NCBI RefSeq assembly: GCF_015234515.1 | Contig: NZ_JADGMY010000023.1 | Span: 267,882 to 331,881 of the forward strand | Direction: 5' to 3' | Length of the DNA stretch: 64,000 bases | Source of the DNA: Cellulomonas sp. | GTDB lineage: Bacteria > Actinomycetota > Actinomycetes > Actinomycetales > Cellulomonadaceae | In this document: in pieces, positions 39,207 through 48,839 of the stretch | Layout: each line of letters opens with the position of its first letter | Position numbering within the stretch: the first letter of the stretch is position 1 | Made by a program: the position numbers and the translations under genes | Notes under the pieces: generated by a model | The model's database searches: none | Seen by the model: only the letters and a program-made list of their open reading frames with translations | What the model was told of the DNA's origin: nothing

Positions 39207-40168
39207 GCACCGCCACCCGGGAGCGCGCCGCGACGGAGGTCCACCCCTCCGTCGCGGCGTTGCGGGCCGTCGGGCTGATCGGTTCCGGGAAAGCCCCGGC
39301 CGGTGCGCCGCGCGACCTGTCCCGGGCGCACGGGGTGTGGGCCGTCACGCTGGAGGACGTCGGCGACGTCGTCGTGAAGACCGCGCCGTACACGCAGGAC
39401 GACGACGGGCCCGGGACGCTGGGGGCCGAGCTGTTCGTCCACCGCCTGGCGCTGTGGTGCGAGCCGCTGCGGCGCGTGCTGCCCACGCCGGTCGTCGTCG
39501 ACGAAGCAGCGATGGTGCTGGTCACGCACGAGGTCGTCGGCCCCGAGCCGAACGCGGCGTTCCTCGCCGATTCCGACCTCGCGCACCGGCTCGGTGAGCG
39601 GACGGGTCGGGTTCACCGAGCCACGGCAGGGCTTCCGGTACCGCCGGCCCCGCACCCGCACGTGCTTGCGGTCGTGCACGAGGGTACGGCGACGGGCGTC
39701 GCCGCCGACCTCGCCGGGCACCCGGAGGTGCTGGCGGCGGCCGACGAGCTGCGCCGACCCGCCGGGGGGTGCCTCGTGCACGGCGACCTGAAATGGTCGA
39801 ACCTCGCCGTCGGCGCGGACGGTCCGGTCGTCCTGGACTGGGAGCTCGCCGGGGGTGGCGACCCGGCGTGGGACGTCGGCAGCCTCGCCGCCGAGCACCT
39901 CGTGCGGCCCGGCGCGCGGGCCGGGCTCGGCCCGCTGCTCACCGGGTACGCGGCGGGGGCACGCCCGGCGTCCCGGGTGCTCCCGGCGTTCAGCCGTCGC
40001 GTCGCGCTCGCGGCAGGGCTGCGCGTCGCGCAGCTCGCGCTCGAGATCGCGTCGCAGGAGCTCGCGGACGTCGACGCGCTCGTCCGGGACGTCGTCGACC
40101 GCGCGGTCGGGCTGGTCCTTGACCGGGCGGCCCTGGAACGGGAGGTGTGGTCATGGCTCGCAGCGTGA
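39203..40168 (+). CDS. APH-like kinase (LanK-type split-dehydratase kinase)
   Basis: GTGA coupling; VVVK, HGDLKWSN and DWE..GGGDPAWD motifs. Confidence 0.82.
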   Translation: MSTATRERAATEVHPSVAALRAVGLIGSGKAPAGAPRDLSRAHGVWAVTLEDVGDVVVKTAPYTQDDDGPGTLGAELFVHRLALWCEPLRRVLPTPVVVDEAAMVLVTHEVVGPEPNAAFLADSDLAHRLGERTGRVHRATAGLPVPPAPHPHVLAVVHEGTATGVAADLAGHPEVLAAADELRRPAGGCLVHGDLKWSNLAVGADGPVVLDWELAGGGDPAWDVGSLAAEHLVRPGARAGLGPLLTGYAAGARPASRVLPAFSRRVALAAGLRVAQLALEIASQELADVDALVRDVVDRAVGLVLDRAALEREVWSWLAA

Positions 40169-41094
40169 GCACACAGGTCCGGCGCACCACGACGTCGCCG
40201 ACCGCGGCGCGGGTGCTGCGCGAGGTGCGGACGGCCCTCGACGTCGTCGACCTGGTCCCGGAGCACCGCGCGCTGGCCGACGTCGGCCTCGTCACCGAGC
40301 TGGCGGACGTCCTCTACGCCGCGTGGTGGGTCGCTCGCCCCACGCCCCGTGCGACGGGCCCGGGCTCGCCGGCCTCGCGCCCGGGCGTCCTCGAGGCGGC
40401 GCGGCGCAGCGTCGTCGGCACGAGCGAGCGGCTCGTGCTCGCCGTGACCGACGCGCACGTGGTGACCGTCCCGCTCCGGGGCGGTGCACCCGTCCTCGTC
40501 GACGTCGACGAGGTGGTGCGCACGTCCCGGCCCGGCAGCACGCCCGCACCGGGCGACCTGGCGCACGTCCTGGACGGCGCCTCGCACTACGAGCCCGACG
40601 GCTGGTGGTGGGTGCACTCGTCGTGCCGGGGCGAGCCGCCGGCCGCACCCGTCGACCGCTGGTACCTGCACGCCGCGGGGCTCGAGCACGCCGCCGCACT
40701 GCTGCGCGTGCTGCTGCCGGAGCTCACCGCCGCGCAGGTGCCGTTCTCGCTCAAGGCGGGCCCCGCCGAGGACCGCTACGACCGCGCCGACGCCGTGGTC
40801 GTCTACGCGCCGCGTGCCGAGACCGGCGCCCTGCGCGACGTGCTCCGCCGGGCGGCGCCCCTGGTCGCGGCACACCTGCGTCCCGTGACCCCGCCGACGA
40901 CGGATCGGGTCCTGCCCGGGGTTGCCACCGCCCAGGACCCCGGCGGCGGCCGCAGCTTCGGTCAGGTCCGGTGCGAGCAGGTCGCTCGCGTCGCCGTCGC
41001 ACGGGACCCGCAGCGCGCGTGGGACGACGCGGCGCTCGCGGCCGCGCTGGGCGAGGTCGGGGTCGACGTCGACCACCCGGGGGTGACCCGATGA
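40153..41094 (+). CDS. HopA1-like protein (LanY-type phospho-lyase)
   Basis: RWYLH...VPFSLK...YDRADAVVVY...PGVATAQDPGGGRSFGQVRC. Confidence 0.78.
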   Translation: MARSVSTQVRRTTTSPTAARVLREVRTALDVVDLVPEHRALADVGLVTELADVLYAAWWVARPTPRATGPGSPASRPGVLEAARRSVVGTSERLVLAVTDAHVVTVPLRGGAPVLVDVDEVVRTSRPGSTPAPGDLAHVLDGASHYEPDGWWWVHSSCRGEPPAAPVDRWYLHAAGLEHAAALLRVLLPELTAAQVPFSLKAGPAEDRYDRADAVVVYAPRAETGALRDVLRRAAPLVAAHLRPVTPPTTDRVLPGVATAQDPGGGRSFGQVRCEQVARVAVARDPQRAWDDAALAAALGEVGVDVDHPGVTR

Positions 41095-42296
41095 GCGCTC
41101 TCGAGCAGGCCGCGCTCATGCTGGCCGGACGGCTCGCGGACGACGCCGTCCCAGGGCCCCGCGGACCGGCCTGGTCGGGCGACCGGTTCGACTTGCAGAC
41201 AGGGGACCAGCTGGTCCGGGGACCGGTGGACGACGGCCTGCTCACGGGACGCGCCGGTGTCGCGCTCGCTCTGGCGGCCGCCGGGTCGCTCCCGGGTGCG
41301 GACCCGCGGTTGACCTCGCTCGCGGTCACGACCATGCGGCACCTCACCGACGACCGAGCGCCGGTGCGCGGTGCGGACTGGATGTCCGGCGACCTGGGCG
41401 TCGCGCGGGCCGCCTGGGCCGTCGCCGGGCTCACCGGCGCCGACGACCTGCGGGCGTCGGCGGCGCGCACCGCGGCGCGCTGCGTGAGCGCGCTGGCGCG
41501 GGGCGTCGACGTGCCTCCGCAGGCGGACCTGATCGACGGCAGAGCAGGCGCCCTCATGGCGGTGTTGGCCGCGTCGCTGCCCGACAGCGCGGAGCGTGAC
41601 CGGCGTGCTGCGGCCGAGTTGCTCGTCCGTGCGCTGCGCACGGACGCCGAGCGCGACGCGTGGGGAACGAGGTGGCCCATGGAGGTGCACTGGCCGCCGG
41701 TCGCAGGGCTCGCGCACGGCGCCGCGGGCGTCGCCCTCGCGCTGCGGGCGGCCCGCGCCTGCGGGTTCGACGACGACGGCCTGGCGGACGACGCCGCCGT
41801 CTGGGAGGACGGCTGGTACGACGCCGCGCGCGGCGGCTGGCCGGACCTGCGCGACGGCACAGGTGACGGCCCGGCGGTCGCGTGGTGCCACGGAGCGCTG
41901 GGCATCGGCATCGCCGCGGCGGTCCGCAGCCGCCTCGGCGATGACGGCGAGGTCACGTTCCGGCGCGCCGCGCGGGGCGCGTCCGCGCTGCCCGCGGTGG
42001 TCGACGGCGTCGACGGGACGCTGTGCCACGGTCGCACGGGTGTCGTCGAGCTGCACCTCACGGCGGCGCGCACGTGGCCCCGGGACGGTACGCACCTGCG
42101 TGCAGCCCGGGCCGCCGCGCGACCGCTGGCCGACGGCACGCACCCCGACGGGACGACGTGGCTCCATGGTCTGCGCGGGGGGCGCACGCCCGACCTGCTC
42201 ACGGGGACGGCCGGCGTCGTCGTGTCGCTCGTACGGTGCGTCGATCCGCTGCGCGTCCCGGAGACGACGCACCCGGGGCTTCGGGTGGACGGCTGA
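41091..42296 (+). CDS. LanC-like lanthionine cyclase (LanM C-terminal-like)
   Basis: ATGA coupling; GLAHGAAG, WPDLR, AWCHG, LCHG (zinc ligands) and LLTGTAG. Confidence 0.85.
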   Translation: MSALEQAALMLAGRLADDAVPGPRGPAWSGDRFDLQTGDQLVRGPVDDGLLTGRAGVALALAAAGSLPGADPRLTSLAVTTMRHLTDDRAPVRGADWMSGDLGVARAAWAVAGLTGADDLRASAARTAARCVSALARGVDVPPQADLIDGRAGALMAVLAASLPDSAERDRRAAAELLVRALRTDAERDAWGTRWPMEVHWPPVAGLAHGAAGVALALRAARACGFDDDGLADDAAVWEDGWYDAARGGWPDLRDGTGDGPAVAWCHGALGIGIAAAVRSRLGDDGEVTFRRAARGASALPAVVDGVDGTLCHGRTGVVELHLTAARTWPRDGTHLRAARAAARPLADGTHPDGTTWLHGLRGGRTPDLLTGTAGVVVSLVRCVDPLRVPETTHPGLRVDG

Positions 42297-42934
42297 GCCG
42301 GGACCGTCGGCCGTGTGGACGAGCCGCCCGCGTGGACGACCACGACCGTGCTTGAACGTGCGGAGGACCAGTCCCATCAGTACGGGGGCTGGTGGCGCGG
42401 CGTAGATGGGTCGCCGACGGGCCCAGTCGGCCAGTCCGAGGACCTCGTGGCGGCACTCGTGGACGTCGGAGCCTCGCCGCCGGCTGTCACAGATCGTCTC
42501 GGGGGCGGTGACCGGAGGTGTCCGAGCGCCTCGTCTCCAGGAGGACGACATGCCTTCGACCCGCACACCATGGCCCACAGCCACTGCGCCTGCCCTCGCG
42601 CTGCCGCCGCCGGCCCACCCGCGCGACCGTCGCCGAGCCGGGCACCCACTGGGCGGACCGCACACATTGATTGGTGACCAGTCGAGACCGGTAGCCGGTC
42701 AAAGTTCGACGCCCAGCCCTGGTCAGTCTGTCTTGCATCTCGACACGCGAAACAGGCGGTGGCACCAGGAGGACGATCGTGGACCTCGACCTCTGCTGTC
42801 CACGCCCGTTGTCGTCACCGTGGACCCGGTAGTCGTCTGCTGATCAGGCGCTCGAGCGTCGTCGGGGCGTTGGACACGGCGTCCACGACGGCACGCGCTG
42901 GCTGCGGACGCCGACCCGTACTGACCCCACCGGG

Positions 42935-43345
42935 TCAGGGCTCGTAGCTCGGCACCTGGGTGTCCGCACCGTCGCGCCGGATCGTCAGCAGGTCGTCTGC
43001 TGACATCCCCTCGTGCAGTATCGGCAGTACCCACGCCCAGTCAGCCAGGATCACCGTGGAGCCGGCGGCGAATCCGGGGATCGAGGCGATCACAGAGACG
43101 ACCTCGGCGAGAACCTCCGGCGCCCGCCAGTCGACGTCGATCCCTTCCCCCTCGATGTCCAACCCGACCAGTGCGATCGGGTCCTCGCGCTCGAACACGG
43201 TGATCTGACCGGAGGACACCTCAGCGACCCTGCCGGTCGCCTTGACGAACGTGCTGTCGGGCCACCGTGACCGCAGGGTGTCGAAAACGACGGACGACTC
43301 GAAGCGGAACGCACCGTCCACGACGGCGATGATGGAGTTAGGCAC
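42935..43345 (-). CDS. Hypothetical protein, likely orphan immunity protein
   Basis: Starts 12 nt after the toxin-like tip; 136 aa, acidic; AT-richer codons. Confidence 0.5.
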   Translation of the reverse strand: MPNSIIAVVDGAFRFESSVVFDTLRSRWPDSTFVKATGRVAEVSSGQITVFEREDPIALVGLDIEGEGIDVDWRAPEVLAEVVSVIASIPGFAAGSTVILADWAWVLPILHEGMSADDLLTIRRDGADTQVPSYEP

Positions 43346-43357
43346 CCTTCAACCCTT

Positions 43358-43591
43358 TCACGGGACGATCCGAACGTAACCACGCAGCCCGAGAGTGCTC
43401 ATACGACTCTCGAAGAAGCGCGCCGCTGCCGGGGTGTTCGTGACCCACTCGAACACACCATTCCCCCCGAACTGTTCGGCAGCCTCTGCCATCACCAGGA
43501 GACGCTCGTCGATTCTGCTTGCCGCGACGCGCTCGAGGCGGTGTTCGTTCACATCTACACAGCCACCAGGAGCCAGGCACCAAGAGGCCAC
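43358..43591 (-). pseudogene. Truncated toxin C-terminal tip (REase-5-like end)
   Basis: LLVMAEAAEQFGGNGVFEWVTNTPAAARFFE..GYVRIVP resembles the end of restriction-endonuclease-fold toxin tips; no delivery domain. Confidence 0.4.
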
Positions 43592-43662
43592 GAACGCGTG
43601 GAGCGCGTCGTGACCTCTTGGGGCATTCCGGCGTGATGAGGCCGAGCGGGTGGTACGAGCCC

Positions 43663-43866
43663 CTACCGCCGGCGGGAGCTCCCCCCACGCCCTCGCCAGC
43701 CGCCGTTCACCGGCGACGAGCCGCCGACCCCGCCCAGGTGCAGCGCGATGCAGAACAGACCGGCAAACATCAGCGTCTGTGGGGTCAGGGCGTCCCCGAC
43801 GTTCGCCTCGACGAGGTCGAGGAGCAGGGCGAGAGCGAAGATGATGGCAGCGACGAGCGCGAGCAT
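43663..43866 (-). CDS. Small 2-TM membrane protein (67 aa)
   Basis: GGAG RBS; MLALVAAIIFALALLL...TPQTLMFAGLFCIALHLGG, basic tail. Confidence 0.7.
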   Translation of the reverse strand: MLALVAAIIFALALLLDLVEANVGDALTPQTLMFAGLFCIALHLGGVGGSSPVNGGWRGRGGSSRRR

Positions 43867-43895
43867 GGGCACTCCAAGGGAGGGGTCCGGCGAGC
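43838..43895. repeat. Direct repeat, copy 2
   Basis: Matches 34121-34179. Confidence 0.85.
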
Positions 43896-44177
43896 CTGCC
43901 GGAGGGGCTGATGCTTCCGGTGATTCGAAAGCACCCGGATCATGGCCCACAGTCACGACGACCGCGAGCGGAGAAGGGCTCCGAGGGCTCATACACGCCA
44001 CCTCGTCGCTGGTCCGCTCGCTAGCGCCCCCGAAGGACCCTAGGCGCCGTCGATGGCCGCGCCGCGCACTGCCTTCGGGCGTGTCTCCTGTGCGACGTGC
44101 GCGTATGGCCCATCGTTTGCTCGGTGAGCCTGAGGGAGGAGTAGGACCGGAAGACCGCTGCCCTGGTCGGGGTCGTC

Positions 44178-44723
44178 GTGGAGGGTGTCGAGTACTGGGA
44201 CATTCACAACTTCAGCGATGAGCCTCGGGAGTGGGACTACGGCGACTGGCACCACGCCGTCCTGGGCGTGGACCTGACGACCAGCTCCGGGCCCGTCGCG
44301 GTGACGTGGACCAACACGTTCGACACCTACGGGGTCGAGGTCTTCCCCGAGCCGATGACGAGGTTCCTCGTGTCGGGCGATGACGATGCCGGCCCGGAGA
44401 GGTGGGCAGTCACGCCCCACCCCGAGTGGACGACGCGCGCCGGGCAGCCGGTCTCAGCGGTCGACACCTTCTGGGATCGGTGGGAGTACGGCCCCGCGAG
44501 GTACTCCGATGGGCGCATCGCGGAGCCGGCCAGGACTGTCGAGGTGCCGGTGGCGATTCGTCTCGAGTTCGCGTCGGGCCCGGTGTGGTTCGTCGCTGGT
44601 ATGCCCGTCGAGGATGGCAAGACCTTCGTCGGCGGCGACGAGATCATGGTCGTCTTCACCTCGGAGACGATGCTGCGACTGGGGTTCCCGGCAGATGAGT
44701 TCACTGCCACGGAGAAGCAGTAG
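44178..44723 (+). CDS. Hypothetical protein (possibly 5'-truncated)
   Basis: Trp/acidic-rich globular ORF; in-frame TAG at 44142 just upstream. Confidence 0.55.
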   Translation: MEGVEYWDIHNFSDEPREWDYGDWHHAVLGVDLTTSSGPVAVTWTNTFDTYGVEVFPEPMTRFLVSGDDDAGPERWAVTPHPEWTTRAGQPVSAVDTFWDRWEYGPARYSDGRIAEPARTVEVPVAIRLEFASGPVWFVAGMPVEDGKTFVGGDEIMVVFTSETMLRLGFPADEFTATEKQ

Positions 44724-44972
44724 TAGCGACCTCGGTTCGTGGCTCGAAGCAGGCGCCGAAGCCTCTTGCCGCTGCACCGTTCTCTGACCGACGGCACCCT
44801 TGGCGCGCTGCCGTTCACGGTGGCCCGCCCAGGAACAGTGAATCCGTCCCGCGCCTCGACAAGAGTGCCGAGGGTTCGGCCGTAGCGGCCCTGCGTCTCA
44901 CCTGGTCGACGCCCAGGCCCGGCATGGTCTCCATCGCGCGACGGTCCCACGAGGGCCGGAGGTGAGTGCACC

Positions 44973-45872
44973 TCACCCCACGGGGAACGTCACGCCCGTG
45001 AGCTCCTCGGAGACGCTCCACAGCCGCTGCTGCGTGGCCCGGTCGTGGGACTCGGGGCTCGAGGTCACGACCTTCGGGTACCCGCGGATCTCCCTGCGTC
45101 CGCCGGGCCCGTAGTACTGCCCGCCGACCACGCCCAGGTCGGTGGCCGCGCGCAGGGTGGGGAGGGCGCCCATCTCGGCCGGCTGGAACAGGGGAGCGAG
45201 CCAGCCGAGGACCACCCGGGCCGCGACGTGCGCCTGGCGGGTGAGCTCGGTGCGGGACACGCCGGGGTGGGATGCCACCGCGACGGTGGTGCCGTGGGGC
45301 GCGAGCCGGCGCTGCAGCTCGTAGGTGAACATCAGGTTGGCGAGCTTGGCCTGGCCGTAGGCGGCGACGCGGCTGTACGACCGCTCCCACTGCAGGTCGT
45401 CGAAGTGGATGGCGGCGCGGAGGCGGTGGCCGGTGCTGCTGACGGTCACGACGCGTGACCCGGGGACGGGCAGGAGCCGGTCCAGCAGCAGGCCGGTGAG
45501 GGCGAAGTGACCGAGGTGGTTGGTGCCGAGCTGCAGCTCGAAGCCGTCGGCGGTGGTCTGCTTCGGCGTGTGCATCACGCCCGCGTTGTTGACCAGGAGG
45601 TCGATTCGCGGGTGGGTGGCGCGCAGGTCGGCGGCCGCGGAGCGGATCGACGCGAGGGACGCCAGGTCGAGGGCCTGGACGGACACGTCGCCCTGGATGC
45701 GCGCGGCCGCCTGCTTGCCCTTCTCGACGTCGCGGACGGCGAGGACCACGCTCGCACCGTGCTCGGCGAGCATCCGAGCCGTCTCGAAGCCCAGCCCGGA
45801 GTTGGCGCCGGTCACGACGGCCACCCGCCCGTGCTGGTCGGGGATGTGCTGCTCGGTCCAGGCCTCGCTCAT
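44973..45872 (-). CDS. Short-chain dehydrogenase/reductase
   Basis: VVTGANSGLG, NNAG, YGQAK (YxxxK). Confidence 0.93.
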   Translation of the reverse strand: MSEAWTEQHIPDQHGRVAVVTGANSGLGFETARMLAEHGASVVLAVRDVEKGKQAAARIQGDVSVQALDLASLASIRSAAADLRATHPRIDLLVNNAGVMHTPKQTTADGFELQLGTNHLGHFALTGLLLDRLLPVPGSRVVTVSSTGHRLRAAIHFDDLQWERSYSRVAAYGQAKLANLMFTYELQRRLAPHGTTVAVASHPGVSRTELTRQAHVAARVVLGWLAPLFQPAEMGALPTLRAATDLGVVGGQYYGPGGRREIRGYPKVVTSSPESHDRATQQRLWSVSEELTGVTFPVG

Positions 45873-45886
45873 GAACACTCCTAAGA

Positions 45887-45951
45887 AACCGCCGGTCTGT
45901 TGTGGTCCGAACGTAAGGGACCGGTGGTCTGCTGTCAACGGACCGGCGGTC
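45887..45951. promoter_or_regulatory. Three GACC-N3-GGTC-type palindromes, likely TetR operators
   Basis: AACCGCCGGTC 45887, GACCGGTGGTC 45919, GACCGGCGGTC 45941, between the divergent SDR and TetR genes. Confidence 0.6.
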
Positions 45952-45970
45952 TCTAAGTTAGCCTGGGCGC

Positions 45971-46636
45971 GTGACGTTCCAACGGGCGCGAAGCGAGGAG
46001 CAGCGGGCGATCCGCCGTCGCGCGATCCTGGACACGGCCGCCGCGATGCTCGACGAGATGCCCGTGGCCGACGTCAGCCTCAACGAGCTCAGCCGTCGCG
46101 TGGGCCTGGCCAAGTCGAACGTCCTGCGGTACTTCGAGTCCCGCGAGGCTGTCCTGCTCGAGCTGCTCGACGACTTCCTCGCGACCTGGCTGACCGAGCT
46201 GGCCGACGAGCTGGCGGCGGGCATCGAGCCGGATGTCTCACCCGAGCTCCGGGCGGGCCTGCTCGCCGAGGTCGTCAGTCGGTCGCTGGCGCGCCGGCCC
46301 GTGCTGTGCGACCTCTTCGGCGCGCAGGGCGGCGTCCTGGAGCACAACGTCTCCACCGAGGTGGTCAAGCGCCACAAGCGGTCCTCGCTCGCGCTGCTCG
46401 ACGAGATGTCCCAGCTCGTCCGTCGCCACGTGCCGGAGCTCGGCGACGGCGCGCGGACGTTCTGCCTGATGAGCCTCGTGTCGGCGGGCGCCCTGTCGGC
46501 GTACATCCCGCCGCCGGCCAGCGTCCTCACCGCCTACGCGGACGAGCCCGCGCTCGCGGTGCTCCACCTCGACCTGCAGGACGCCCTGCGGCTCGCCCTC
46601 ACGTCGACGCTCCTGGGCCTGGTGCCGCGCGACTGA
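45971..46636 (+). CDS. TetR-family regulator
   Basis: RARSEEQR..ILDTAAAML..SLNELSRRVGLAKSNVLRYF. Confidence 0.92.
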   Translation: MTFQRARSEEQRAIRRRAILDTAAAMLDEMPVADVSLNELSRRVGLAKSNVLRYFESREAVLLELLDDFLATWLTELADELAAGIEPDVSPELRAGLLAEVVSRSLARRPVLCDLFGAQGGVLEHNVSTEVVKRHKRSSLALLDEMSQLVRRHVPELGDGARTFCLMSLVSAGALSAYIPPPASVLTAYADEPALAVLHLDLQDALRLALTSTLLGLVPRD

Positions 46637-46670
46637 GCTCGCCGTGCGCAGACCCGCCGGGGTCGTCGTG

Positions 46671-47036
46671 CTACCGGTCCATCGTGATGAGGGCCTTCCA
46701 CAGCGCCCACCCCCGCGCTCTTCGCCGCCACGAGGGGTCGACCGTGACGCCGCCGAGGTAGTGACCTGTGGGGGCTGCATCCACTGCCGCGGCGTGGAGG
46801 TACGTCTGGGCCCAGCCGACGATGATCGGGTCGCCCGCGTGTGACGAGCACTCTGCGACGAGGACGCAGCAGTCCGGGTTCTCCACCGCACGGCGGTACG
46901 CATCCGGATGGGCCGGCCTGCCCGCCCGTCGCTGGATCTCCTGCATGGCGTCGACATCACCCCGTACTGCCGGCCGCACGGCGACCTGCACCGGGCGATG
47001 CTTCTCACCGGGACGGAAATCGGCGAACCCGGGCAT
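46671..47036 (-). pseudogene. GNAT acetyltransferase, C-terminally truncated
   Basis: VRPAVRGDVDAM...LGGVTVDPSWRRR; the acetyl-CoA motif A breaks off and the ORF ends shortly after. Confidence 0.6.
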
Positions 47037-47086
47037 GCGCACGACGGTATCGGGCACAGTTGAGGGTGACGTGGAAGGAGTGTCGC

Positions 47087-47677
47087 GTGAGCACGAGGCT
47101 GCAGCGGGCTCTTGAGGATCCGGGCGACCCGCCCGTGGCACCCCTGCCTCAGGCGTGCGCCGACCTGCTCGTCGAACTTGCGGCGCCACCACGCCTGGCA
47201 GCGCACCTGCGGCTGGTCCACGATGTCGCTGCTCAGCTCAGCGCGTGGCTCGCCGGGCAGCACCCCGCCGTCACCTTCGACCGGGATGCCGTGCTCTTCG
47301 GCGCCGCCACCCACGACATCGGCAAGGTCCGGCACGTCGAGGAGCTGTCGGGGCCCGGCTCCCTGCACGAGCGAGCCGGGCAGCAGCTGCTGCTCGATGC
47401 GGGAGTCGACCCGTCGCTGGCCCGCTTCGCCGCGACCCACGGCGACTGGGACGGGCCAGGGATCCAGGTGGAGGACCTCCTCGTCAGCGTCGCGGACAAG
47501 ACATGGAAGGCCAAGCGCGTCCCTGAGCTGGAGCAGCTGCTGATAGACCGCCTGGTCCAGGCATCCGGACACGAGCCGTGGCAGGTCTTCCTCGACCTGG
47601 ACGACCATCTCGGCCAACTGGCTGCCGGAGCAGACCAGCGACTGGCGTTCCAGAACAGCCACCCGATCACCGGTTGA
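47087..47677 (+). CDS. HD-domain phosphohydrolase
   Basis: AHLRLVH...ATHDIGK...LHE...ATH...ADK. Confidence 0.8.
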   Translation: MSTRLQRALEDPGDPPVAPLPQACADLLVELAAPPRLAAHLRLVHDVAAQLSAWLAGQHPAVTFDRDAVLFGAATHDIGKVRHVEELSGPGSLHERAGQQLLLDAGVDPSLARFAATHGDWDGPGIQVEDLLVSVADKTWKAKRVPELEQLLIDRLVQASGHEPWQVFLDLDDHLGQLAAGADQRLAFQNSHPITG

Positions 47678-47702
47678 CGGTGGACGGGCCGGGCTGCGGC
47701 AA

Positions 47703-48695
47703 ATGCTGCTGCGGTACGGTCCCCGGGTGGACCTGCAGACGCGACTCCTGGAGCGGGACGCGGAGCTCCTCTTCTTTGCCTTGACCCCGCCCCGGGCGAC
47801 GACACCGCCGGCGAGAATTCAGGAGATCGCGGACGCCACGGCTGCACGCCTCCGACCGCTGGAGCTCGACGCTCTCGTTCTCTACGACATCGACGAGGAG
47901 AGCGACCGGAACCCCGAGGAGCGTCCCTTTCCGTTCTTGCCGACCATCGACCCCGGGGACTACCTGGAACGGCATCTGCGGAAATTCCACGCGCCGGTCG
48001 TCGTCTACCGTTCCGTCGGCAAGTACGACGATTCGGAGCTGAAGACGTGGCTGTGTGCTCAGGACGCCCGGCAGACGCTGACCGTCTTCGTCGGGGCGTC
48101 TTCTCGCGAGACGCCGGTGAAGACGACCCTGGTCAGGGCACAAGCAATGCGGACCGAGGTCCGGCCGGACCTGCTGCTGGGGGGCGTCGCCATCCCCGAA
48201 CGTCACACCCGGAACGGTGAGGAGCACGTGCGGCTGCTCACGAAGCAGTCCGCGGGATGCTCGTTCTTCGTCACCCAGGTGGTCTACGACGCCAATGCCG
48301 CCAAGAATCTTGTCTCCGACTACTACTACGAGTGCACGCGGCGCCCCGACGTTCCCCCGGCTCCCATCATCTTCACGCTCTCGGTGTGCGGATCCGTCAA
48401 GACCATGCGGTTCCTCAACTGGCTGGGTGTCGATCTTCCGCGGTGGCTCGAGAACGAGCTGGTGCACGCCGAGGACACCCTCCAGGCGTCGCTCGACTAC
48501 GCCCTGGCCACGGCGACGGACCTGATCGCCTACTGCCGCGGCCTCGGCATCCCGTTCGGCTTCAACGTCGAGAGCGTCTCGATCCGACGCGACGAGATCG
48601 ACGCTTCCATCGAGCTCGCGGCCGACCTCAGGAAGCTGCTCCGGCGAGCCGGGACCACCACTCGCCACGTGGACCGCGTGCACCACACACGGTGA
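47703..48695 (+). CDS. Methylenetetrahydrofolate reductase-like flavoprotein
   Basis: LTPP..YDIDEESDR N-terminus; GGVAIPERH, FFVTQVVYD and WLGV segments typical of the MTHFR-like barrel; start uncertain. Confidence 0.6.
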   Translation: MLLRYGPRVDLQTRLLERDAELLFFALTPPRATTPPARIQEIADATAARLRPLELDALVLYDIDEESDRNPEERPFPFLPTIDPGDYLERHLRKFHAPVVVYRSVGKYDDSELKTWLCAQDARQTLTVFVGASSRETPVKTTLVRAQAMRTEVRPDLLLGGVAIPERHTRNGEEHVRLLTKQSAGCSFFVTQVVYDANAAKNLVSDYYYECTRRPDVPPAPIIFTLSVCGSVKTMRFLNWLGVDLPRWLENELVHAEDTLQASLDYALATATDLIAYCRGLGIPFGFNVESVSIRRDEIDASIELAADLRKLLRRAGTTTRHVDRVHHTR

Positions 48696-48839
48696 GGAGC
48701 CAGGAAGCGGATCCTCCATGGGCGACGACCTGACCTCGGAGTAACCCAAGCTCAGCCACGAGGGCCGCGTCGCCTTCGGCCGCCAGCCCACCGGACAAAC
48801 CCGTGGACGTGCGGCGTCGACCGGTGCCACGGTCGACTC

